64,000 nucleotides of DNA from Candidatus Buchananbacteria bacterium. Lineage in GTDB: Bacteria; Patescibacteriota; Patescibacteriia; 2-01-FULL-39-33. Under the pieces are notes generated by a model. The model was not told where the DNA came from. It made no database searches and was given only the letters and a program-made list of their open reading frames with translations. The stretch is from positions 129,076 to 193,075 of the forward strand of contig JBAYFY010000002.1 in assembly GCA_041666945.1 (NCBI GenBank), given 5' to 3'. The position numbers were made by a program, and so were the translations under genes. Positions 29,801 through 36,194 of the stretch are shown here, piece by piece. Each line of letters begins with the position of its first letter. Position 1 is the first letter of the stretch.

Positions 29801-29907
29801 ACCGTGGTCTTGCCCGTGCCCGCTCCGGCGATAATCAAAAGCGGGCCGCTGTTGTGCAAAACGGCCTCTTTTTGGCTGGAATTTAAGTTTGTTAACTGAT
29901 TATTCAT
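26899..29907 (-). CDS. UvrD/PcrA-type superfamily-1 helicase fused to C-terminal PD-(D/E)XK nuclease with Cys cluster (AddA/RecB-like)
   Basis: GAGTGKT Walker A, helicase motifs; C-terminal CKWCDYNGICDF iron-sulfur-type cysteines. Confidence 0.75.
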   Translation of the reverse strand: MNNQLTNLNSSQKEAVLHNSGPLLIIAGAGTGKTTVITSKIAWLVIEQGIRPEQILALTFTDKAAAEMEERVDRLLPLGYNDLWISTFHAFCERVLKEYGLEIGLPADFRLLTQTEQWLLVRQNLDRFNLKHYRPLGNPTKFIHDLLKLFSRAKDEEISAAAYLEYAENLKLNADSADFLKAIIKEDARENLSPTEIAELKTEEISKQLEIADAYHTYQQLLLENNALDFGDLINYTLRLFKTRKAVLYKYRSQFKHILVDEFQDTNWAQYELVKLLAEPKNNLTVVGDDDQSIYKFRGASVSNILQFKDDFPGAKEILLTDNYRSCQNILDLSYNFIQRNNPDRLEAKLSQGRKKLSKKLTAHLKGQGEIIHLHGQTIADEVKAAVDKIIGLYNDSPETKWSDFAILVRANASADGFCYALESANIPYMFMASRGLYGKKIILDIMNWFKVLDDYRENIAMFRILSLPAWQINLTDFGTLNYQAGKRAWSLFEAAKQNSLLPGLSEEGRKKLLKIAGLIETQTARAQAGARPTELCQDFLEATGYLKRLTAKDNLENRQELNYLNQFYRKMLTFEKDNLDRSLNNFRALLDLELEAGEEGALAPNLEDLSPDSVRVMTVHSAKGLEFKYVFIANLVDRKFPSGNKSDRLELPAALTKEILPEGDAHLQEERRLFYVAMTRAKQGLYFSSAEDYGGARAKKLSRFLTELNEDGFALAATASAAPNSDSLFAAKSRQADESLPAGGKPLLPTISFTQLKSFESCPYQYRFAHVLRLPIKGKPVFSFGKTMHSIMQKFFILARTKAEAKQKNLFGETGDSLEISWDEVKELYEMSFVDEWYPDALTKRKYHDHGLDCLKEFFERWRQAPALAKELEKGFTVKLAPEVSVRGAIDRIDEVEGGLRLIDYKTGSPKKKLEAEDREQLLIYQLAAEQVLRQPVKELAYYYFDNNSELSFLGTPQELEKMKEKIIATVTNIKRGKFPPQPSENTCKWCDYNGICDFRA

Positions 29908-29951
29908 GGATGTATTTTAGCACAGTTTCTTCGCCTTACCAAGGTCTTGAC

Positions 29952-29980
29952 TCTTATTATTTCAAGTGATAGAATATCGT
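29952..29980 (+). promoter_or_regulatory. Sigma70-like promoter for small Cys-rich ORF
   Basis: TTGACT-17-TAGAAT. Confidence 0.45.
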
Positions 29981-30042
29981 TGTTGATTGATTTGGCGTTG
30001 TAATAATGTACCGATAAAAACAAGAGAAAGGGCGGAAAGAAA

Positions 30043-30327
30043 ATGGCGGAGAACACCGGAACCAAAAGAAAGAGCGGACAAGTCAAGGGTGAAAAATGGT
30101 TGGTTTTGACAGAAAGCACTGGTGAGCCAGGCGTGGGTTTCCGGCATAATTGCGGCGCGGAAATTATGGCGCAACGAGTTACTCATCCTATTTGGGACGG
30201 ACCATTTGCCTGTTCTGGCAGCGGCCGGTGCAGTTCTGAAGAAGTTCCTTATTGTCCGCAATGCGAAGAACAACCCAACTGCTGTGGCGAGCCGATAATT
30301 CCCAAGGGGAGTTATCACCATCCATAA
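30043..30327 (+). CDS. Small Cys-rich protein (putative zinc-binding), hypothetical
   Basis: 94 aa with about ten Cys (CPQC, CCGEP); own promoter and strong downstream terminator. Confidence 0.45.
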   Translation: MAENTGTKRKSGQVKGEKWLVLTESTGEPGVGFRHNCGAEIMAQRVTHPIWDGPFACSGSGRCSSEEVPYCPQCEEQPNCCGEPIIPKGSYHHP

Positions 30328-30352
30328 GTAATATTAAATAAAGCACAAGTTA

Positions 30353-30383
30353 AACGAGGCGGTAGTGTCACCTCGTTTTTTTA
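30353..30383 (+). terminator. Intrinsic terminator
   Basis: ACGAGG-cggtagtgtca-CCTCGT followed by T7. Confidence 0.65.
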
Positions 30384-30459
30384 TTGGTATTTAAATTGGC
30401 ATACATCCACTCTTAAAAAATAAAAACAAAACAAAAATCACGTCCACGACTCGGGGACA

Positions 30460-30530
30460 GGGGCTCGAACCCCGATTAACGGCTTCAAAGGCCGCTGTCC
30501 TACCATTAGACGATCCCCGAGTTATAGACG
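30460..30530 (-). tRNA. tRNA-Gln (anticodon TTG)
   Basis: Cloverleaf hand-folded: acceptor TCGGGGA/TCCCCGA (U1-A72), D-arm GTCT/GGAC, anticodon loop CTTTGAA, T-arm CGGGG-TTCGAGC-CCCTG, discriminator G; CCA not encoded. Confidence 0.8.
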
Positions 30531-30603
30531 CGATTTTTCATTAACGCCCTGCTTGATTTGAATTATTTGCTCCGGGGCAAAGCCCCTGTCCAGGGTTGGC
30601 GTC
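30513..30603. repeat. 91-bp direct repeat copy A (tRNA-Gln 5' 18 nt plus 70 bp upstream)
   Basis: Near-identical (1 mismatch) to 30689-30779; contains GGGGCaaaGCCCC hairpin. Confidence 0.8.
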
Positions 30604-30688
30604 AAATCCTGCGCCAGCTCGGATTTGCCGACGCTCGACTGCGTCTGTCGACTGGTCTCGCTTCCAACCAGTCGCAGATTACTGCGAC

Positions 30689-30779
30689 CCATTAGACGAT
30701 CCCCGAGTTATAGACGCGATTTTTCATTAACGCCCTGCTTAATTTGAATTATTTGCTCCGGGGCAAAGCCCCTGTCCAG
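30689..30779. repeat. 91-bp direct repeat copy B
   Basis: Duplicate of 30513-30603 separated by an 85-bp unique, hairpin-rich spacer. Confidence 0.8.
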
Positions 30780-30783
30780 TTTT

Positions 30784-30906
30784 TTACTTATTATAAGGCC
30801 GACCAGTCACCTTGGTTTCAAATTTTTTCTTTCTGGCGCTTTTTTTGTCTTCCAATTTGACTAAGCGAGGCACTTTAATTTTTGGATCTCTTTTTCTTTT
30901 TGCCAT
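30784..30906 (-). CDS. Possible 40-aa highly basic small protein (MAKRKRDPKIKVPRLVKLEDKKSARKKKFETKVTGRPYNK)
   Basis: Short ORF not in track; preceded on minus strand by TTGCCA-17-TAGAAT promoter-like element at ~31010-31040. Confidence 0.25.
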   Translation of the reverse strand: MAKRKRDPKIKVPRLVKLEDKKSARKKKFETKVTGRPYNK

Positions 30907-30937
30907 ATGATAATTAGATTATTTTCTTTATCGTCAT

Positions 30938-30957
30938 CCCTGCCTGCCGGCAGGCAG
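30938..30957. repeat. GC-rich perfect palindrome CCTGCCTGCCGGCAGGCAGG (REP-like)
   Basis: Same palindrome family expanded at 49745-49803; CTGCCTGCC also inside repeat at 21808-21817. Confidence 0.6.
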
Positions 30958-31058
30958 GCTCGGAAAATCCGTAAACGTAAGCGGGAGGATTTGTCCGGGG
31001 ATCCAATAAACCTGTATTTGATTCTAACAAATTTATCGCCGTTTGGCAAGATTTTGCC

Positions 31059-31828
31059 AAAAAAAAGAGCCCCCGCAACCATAGTCGCACACCTTTATGA
31101 AATATTACTATTTATTGGTGTGTGGCTGGTTGACGGGGGTCTCAAAAGGAAATGTACTATTTAGTGGCGGGGATCGGAGCGCCTTTTGACACTCTTTTCG
31201 GCCGGGTCCGGTCGCGGCTCCATACTTAATGCGACATTTTTGAGCCGCCATAACACGCGAGAGCTCCGCTAAACGCCGCGGCTAATGCCCATTTTCTCTT
31301 CCTCATCTTGGCATCGCGCGAACAAACAAGTGCAGGCCTCGTCGCAACAATCCGGATGTTTGGGCCGCGTCTCGCGCCCCGATCCCCAAAGTTAGCCGGT
31401 TGGTGATTTCCTAAGGGGCCCGGCTTGCCCCTAAGTACATCGTTTTCTATGTAGCACGAGATTTCCTCGTTGTTGATGTTTTTTCTCCGCCGTTTAAAAA
31501 CACCACTTTTGTTGGTCGGTGTTTAACCATTTGGCAACAGGTCAGGAATACTCCCAATCGGGCAGTTCCCTGAATAATCGATTATGCAAGTTGCCATTTC
31601 GTCTAGCCCGTAACTACACAAATCCCACGGGATAACGACTCATTGTGAGCCCTCCAATTTTCGGTGGCCTGGCGTTCTAACTGCCCGGATGTTCGCCTGC
31701 GGCGAGACCCCGGAAAAAACGATGTTTGGACTGTCAACGAGCTTGGTGGGGTGAGACGTAAGCCGCCCTTAGGCGCAGAAGAATACCTTTTTGTTCTTCT
31801 TCGCTTTTCGTCCCACCCCACTTTGAGT
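31059..31828 (-). ncRNA. Candidate large (~760 nt) structured noncoding RNA, unknown class
   Basis: No ORF >75 aa in any frame; GC-enriched; minus-strand TTGACA(31856-31861)-17-TATGAT(31833-31838) promoter; 3' long interrupted hairpin plus U8 terminator; many internal stems, e.g. GTGGGGTGGGACG...CGTCTCACCCCAC. Confidence 0.45.
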
Positions 31829-32052
31829 ATTCATCATATCACATCGTTGATTTTTTGTCAATAGCGTTATCCACAGGTAAACTAAAAATAATCTAAATTT
31901 GGTCTAAATTTAGATAAATTAATTTATTTTATTTTATGATCAAAATGGCTCTAATTTGTTAAAAACAACATTTTTCGGGATGGATTAAAGCATGGATTAA
32001 AGCAATGACTCATACTTGCCCCGATGGATTTTATCGGTTAGAATGAAGCTAT

Positions 32053-32649
32053 ATGCCTGAATCAAACATTAAGAATTTAATTGAAAAATTCGCCAGATTT
32101 CCCTCAATTGGCCCCAAAACCGCCGAGAGAATGGTTTATTATCTGCTTAGGCAGTCGCCGGATAAGATGGATGAGTTAGCCGGTGCCATAAAACAACTCA
32201 AAAATAGCGTAACCACTTGCAGTGTTTGTTTTAATTTCAGCGAGTCCAATCCTTGCCCGATTTGCGCTGATTCCCGTCGTGATCGCCGGATTATTTGTAT
32301 TGTGGCTAAGCCCCAGGATATCTCGGCGATAGAAAAGACCGGATCGTATAACGGCGTTTATCATGTCTTGGGTGGCAACATTAATCCTTTGGAAAATATT
32401 ATGCCCGAGAACTTGCGGCTTAAGGAACTTTTGTCGCGCATTAAAGATAATGAGGTGTGCGAATTGATTTTGGCGTTAAATCCTGATATGATCGGCGAGA
32501 CCACTTCCATTTATCTGTCTAAGCTGTTAAAGCAGTTCTCCCAGGTGACAGTAACGCGTTTGGCGCGCGGCTTGCCCATGGGCGCCGATTTGGAATACGC
32601 TGATGAAGTAACATTAGAAAGCGCGCTCAATAACCGGCAATCAATATAA
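32053..32649 (+). CDS. recR: Recombination protein RecR
   Basis: HhH N-terminus, C4 zinc finger CSVCFNFSESNPCPIC, Toprim domain. Confidence 0.9.
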   Translation: MPESNIKNLIEKFARFPSIGPKTAERMVYYLLRQSPDKMDELAGAIKQLKNSVTTCSVCFNFSESNPCPICADSRRDRRIICIVAKPQDISAIEKTGSYNGVYHVLGGNINPLENIMPENLRLKELLSRIKDNEVCELILALNPDMIGETTSIYLSKLLKQFSQVTVTRLARGLPMGADLEYADEVTLESALNNRQSI

Positions 32650-32692
32650 AACAAAAAACCTCGATCACTCGAGGTTTTTATAATACTAAGAA

Positions 32693-33166
32693 TTAGATAT
32701 TTTTCTCTAAAATCAGTTCATGATCAAAAAAGCCGTTTTTTCTGTAAAAATTAATACCCTTGCTATTGCCGGCTGAAGCGACGACGCGCAATCTATTAAC
32801 TCCTTTTGATTTGCTCCAATCAGCAAAGGCCTGGCAAAGCATTGATCCCGCGTTCTGTCCGCGATATTCTTCTAATACTAACATATTTTCCAGTTCGGCT
32901 AACTTCATGGGGATTCGATAACTGCTGGCCTGGCTTAAACCGCCCGCCAAATAGCCAATAATTTTGTCATTGGCCCAAGCGACAAAAATGCAATTATCGT
33001 CTTCGAGAATTCGTTTACTAAAATAATTTTTGTTTTCCTCTGCGTTAGTCCATTGAAGGTCGATAGTATCATCAAATAATTGACTTTCTCTTTCAAATAA
33101 TAGCCGGTTTAAATCTCGAATGGCCGGCAGATCATTAATTGTAGCTGTTTTAATTATGATTTCCAT
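32693..33166 (-). CDS. GNAT family N-acetyltransferase
   Basis: Acetyl-CoA binding motif RGQNAGSML... Confidence 0.7.
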   Translation of the reverse strand: MEIIIKTATINDLPAIRDLNRLLFERESQLFDDTIDLQWTNAEENKNYFSKRILEDDNCIFVAWANDKIIGYLAGGLSQASSYRIPMKLAELENMLVLEEYRGQNAGSMLCQAFADWSKSKGVNRLRVVASAGNSKGINFYRKNGFFDHELILEKNI

Positions 33167-33170
33167 ATTT

Positions 33171-33848
33171 TTAAATTACTTCTTGCGGTTTAACTTCTTT
33201 GTACTCCCCTTCTTTTAATCCTCCCAATTTCAGTTTGCCGATTCTGACCCGTTTTAAATCCTTCACTTCGTAACCCAGTTGTTCGGCCATGCGGCGAATT
33301 TGGCGATTGACGCCTTCTTTCAGAATCAAAGTTACTTGGTCGCCTCGCTGTTTTACGATTTTTACCGGTTGGAGTTTTTTGCCGTCCAAAATCAATCCCC
33401 GCTCTATTTTTTGCGCGTCGGTTTTATCCAGGGGCCGATCCAGCTCAACCTCGTATTCTTTTTCGTGGCCGAACTTGGCGTGGGTCAGACGGTAAGCGAA
33501 ATCGCCGTCATTGGTTAATATTAACAGCCCGCGCGAGTCCTTGTCCAGCCGTCCGACCGGATAGATGCGTTGCTTGATTTTGACTAAATCCAATACCGAC
33601 TTGCCTTGTGAGTCGGTGGAAGAAGTGATATAGCCCGCGGGCTTGTTAAGCGCTAGATAGATTTTCTTCGTTTCTGCCGCCAGTTTCTTGCCGGCTAATT
33701 CCACCGTGTCGTTATTTTCATTAATTACCAAGCCCAAGTCATTGACGTTTTGGCCGTTAACTTTCACTTTGCCGGCTTTAATCAGCTCATCGGCTTTGCG
33801 CCTTGAGCACACCCCGGCTTGAGCGATGTATTTGTTTAATCGGATCAT
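33171..33848 (-). CDS. Pseudouridine synthase, RsuA/RluB family (S4 domain plus catalytic domain)
   Basis: MIRLNKYIAQAGVCSRRKADELI S4 domain; GRLDKDSRGLL catalytic Asp motif. Confidence 0.8.
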   Translation of the reverse strand: MIRLNKYIAQAGVCSRRKADELIKAGKVKVNGQNVNDLGLVINENNDTVELAGKKLAAETKKIYLALNKPAGYITSSTDSQGKSVLDLVKIKQRIYPVGRLDKDSRGLLILTNDGDFAYRLTHAKFGHEKEYEVELDRPLDKTDAQKIERGLILDGKKLQPVKIVKQRGDQVTLILKEGVNRQIRRMAEQLGYEVKDLKRVRIGKLKLGGLKEGEYKEVKPQEVI

Positions 33849-33854
33849 AATTTT

Positions 33855-33969
33855 TCGTCATTGCGAGCGGAGTCAGTCCCTTGTCATTTCGACCGGAGCG
33901 AAGCGGAGTGGAGAAATCGCTTGCATTTAATTAATAACCAAGGGATTTCTCGACTACGCTCGAAATGAC
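33855..33969 (+). mobile_element. MITE-like palindromic element, copy 1
   Basis: Terminal inverted repeats GTCATTTCGACCGGAGCG...CGCTCGAAATGAC; about 85% similar to reverse complement of 36062-36180. Confidence 0.5.
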
Positions 33970-34006
33970 ACTGTGGTCGCATTTTAGAATACGAAAATAA
34001 AATAAA

Positions 34007-34771
34007 TTAAATGCCATGTTTTTTTTGCACAATCTTTTTCCACTTCTCATAATTTTCTTTAGCCGGCAACTTCAGCCAAGACAACTTGTAAGCAAATGAT
34101 GGCAGCCATTGGCTCATGGTTCCACCGGTCGCGACCTTAAACAATACCTCGGGAATGAACACTCCCCGACCGCCGCGCTCGGTTATGGTCAAAAACAAAT
34201 CCCAATCCTGGAATTTTTTCAGTGTTTCATCAAAGCCGGGGAATTTTTCCCGCCTGATTAAAGAGCAAGTATGAATATATGGTTGTTGTTTTAATTTTTC
34301 CGCATCAAACGGCCAGAGACGGAATTTTTTCCAGCCCCACAAAAACCGGCTGTAAGCGAAGTCAGCTTCGGGCGCGGCTTTAAGCGCCAAATGCATCTTT
34401 TCTAAGGCCTGGGGTTTAAGAATGATATCAGCGTCAACAAAAATCACTTTCGATCCGGAAGATTGGCTGAAACCGTAATTGCGCGCCGCCGGCGCTCCTT
34501 TGTTCTCTTGATTCAAAATAGTCAGGCGATGGCGGCAAGTGGTTAAGGCTAAAAGCAAATCATCGGTGGACCCGTCATTGACTACAATAATCTCGCAATC
34601 TTTAAAGGTTTGGTTAAAGATGCTGTCTAAGCAGGCAGCAATGGTCTTACTGGCATTATATGCCGGGATGATGATGGATATTTGAGGCATGCATTTGTAT
34701 TTATTCAATAAATGCGAGCGTAACAAAATCTTGTGCGACTTTATGCGAGAACGACCAGAAAAGTTTTGCAA
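34007..34771 (-). CDS. Family 2 glycosyltransferase
   Basis: ISIIIPAYNASKTIAACLDSIFNQTF...VVNDGSTDD; DAD motif. Confidence 0.75.
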   Translation of the reverse strand: MQNFSGRSRIKSHKILLRSHLLNKYKCMPQISIIIPAYNASKTIAACLDSIFNQTFKDCEIIVVNDGSTDDLLLALTTCRHRLTILNQENKGAPAARNYGFSQSSGSKVIFVDADIILKPQALEKMHLALKAAPEADFAYSRFLWGWKKFRLWPFDAEKLKQQPYIHTCSLIRREKFPGFDETLKKFQDWDLFLTITERGGRGVFIPEVLFKVATGGTMSQWLPSFAYKLSWLKLPAKENYEKWKKIVQKKHGI

Positions 34772-34913
34772 GCGGAGCGTCAGAAACTTTTCGGGAGTGG
34801 AGCATAAAGTTTAGCCATGATTTATGCTTTGCTCGCGACTCTTTGGAGATACCTTTCTCTTAGAGAAAGGTATCAGAAATGAATTTGAGATTCTTCGCTT
34901 TACTTAGAATGAC
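34695..34913 (+). repeat. Copy 2 of the repeated hairpin element (with ~117-bp internal insertion relative to copy 1)
   Basis: Matches 21735-21808 and 21817-21842; compensatory changes preserve GCGTAACAAAATC/GACTTTATGC stem. Confidence 0.6.
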
Positions 34914-34932
34914 AAAAGAATATTTGACAGTT

Positions 34933-36048
34933 TTAACTGTCTAATATAATTTTGATCTTTTCTATTTGCTTCTTCCAATCAAACTCCTGCGCTCGTTTTT
35001 GGCCGGCTTCGGCCAGGCGCCGCCACAATTCGCGATCCGTGGCGATTGTTATTATCGCTAACCTTATTTCCCGTTCAATTTGCGGATCAACCAGAATGCC
35101 GGTAACGCCGCCCACAACCGCCTCCCGGGAACCGCCGAACTTGGAGGCGATAACCGCGGTTTTGGTTGCCGCGGCTTCCAGATAACTGATGCCGAAACCC
35201 TCCGGCTTCAACGAGGCCGTGATGTAGATGTGAGCCAGTTGCAAATAAAACGCTTTGGCTTCCGGAATATTAGCCGCTTCTCCGGCAAAAATCACATTAT
35301 ACTTCAGTCCTAATTGCTGGGCTAAGTTTTTTAATTTTTCTTCTTGCGATCCGCCACCGACAATAATGTATTTAAGTTGCGGCGCAACCGACAGGAGTTC
35401 CGGCATCATTTTAATGATCGTCTCCAGATTTTTTTCCGGTTCCAGCCGGCACATTGACAGCATGATGACGTCATTGTCGTCCAAACCCAATAATTTCTTC
35501 TTGCCCGCGAAATCCTTGTCCGGTTTGTTGAGCGCTTCATAATCAATGCCGGGATATACCACTTCAATTTTGGTTTTATCGCCGGTTATTCTGGTGATTT
35601 CTTCCGCCAAATAGTCGCTGTTGGCGATAAACTTGCGGCACAAGGAATTACTATAAACCCGCTTGAGCATCCGTTTCTGCCACCAGCTGTTTTTGACTTG
35701 CGTAATGTCAGTGCCATGGACAAAAACATAAAAAGGCAGTTTGAATTTATCGGCTAAGGAATTATAAGGATGAAAATGGCCGAAAATCAGCCGTTCCGTT
35801 TTTTCCGTTTGGATAATGTCGCCGATGTCTTTGGCCAGCGGCCGCCAGCGTGGCGGGATCCGGCCAGAAAAAAAATCAGCGCGATAAATGCGGTAGGGTT
35901 GCGTTTGGTCAAACGCCTTCTCCCCCGCTTGGGTTTGCGCCAAAACGCAAATCTCCTCCGGCTTCAATCGCGAGAGCAGGTTAAGATAATAGTTTTGCAC
36001 TCCGCCGGTTTCCGGCGGGAAGAAATTGGTAATCAGCAATTTTTTCAT
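34933..36048 (-). CDS. Family 4 (GT-B) glycosyltransferase
   Basis: C-terminal EGFGISYLEAAATKTAVIAS motif typical of GT4. Confidence 0.75.
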   Translation of the reverse strand: MKKLLITNFFPPETGGVQNYYLNLLSRLKPEEICVLAQTQAGEKAFDQTQPYRIYRADFFSGRIPPRWRPLAKDIGDIIQTEKTERLIFGHFHPYNSLADKFKLPFYVFVHGTDITQVKNSWWQKRMLKRVYSNSLCRKFIANSDYLAEEITRITGDKTKIEVVYPGIDYEALNKPDKDFAGKKKLLGLDDNDVIMLSMCRLEPEKNLETIIKMMPELLSVAPQLKYIIVGGGSQEEKLKNLAQQLGLKYNVIFAGEAANIPEAKAFYLQLAHIYITASLKPEGFGISYLEAAATKTAVIASKFGGSREAVVGGVTGILVDPQIEREIRLAIITIATDRELWRRLAEAGQKRAQEFDWKKQIEKIKIILDS

Positions 36049-36061
36049 AAGTTATCTAATA

Positions 36062-36180
36062 GCTGCCATTCCGAGTTCCCTCTTCTGCCATTCCGAGCGT
36101 AGTTGAGGAATCCCTTAGATGTTTAATGAAAGCGATTTCTCCGCTTCGCCGACGATTACGACGGCCCCGGTCGAAATGAC
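36062..36180 (-). mobile_element. MITE-like palindromic element, copy 2 (inverted relative to copy 1)
   Basis: GCCATTCCGAGCGTAG...GGTCGAAATGAC; reverse-complement homolog of 33883-33969; duplicated terminus GCCATTCCGAG x2. Confidence 0.5.
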
Positions 36181-36194
36181 AATAAGAAGCATTA

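Noticed and set aside
30513-30779. Possible mini-CRISPR array (two direct repeats with a spacer)
   Set aside because: Repeats are 91 bp, only two copies, include the 5' end of a tRNA gene and its promoter region, and no cas genes are present. Interpreted as partial tandem duplication.
31500-31580. SRP RNA (4.5S) domain IV-like segment CAGGTCAGGAA...GGGCAG
   Set aside because: No GNRA-capped helix 8 or closing 5'/3' helix could be built. Similarity is limited to a few bases. The segment lies inside the larger minus-strand RNA unit.
31603-31864. Short ORFs (72 and 66 aa) inside the ncRNA candidate
   Set aside because: No RBS, low-complexity Arg/Ser-rich translations, embedded in strong RNA secondary structure. 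Treated as spurious.
31059-31870. tmRNA, or protein-coding under an alternative genetic code
   Set aside because: No tRNA-like acceptor/T-arm at the 3' end and no tag-peptide reading frame. All other genes in the window are intact under the standard code, so UGA/UAG reassignment is not supported.
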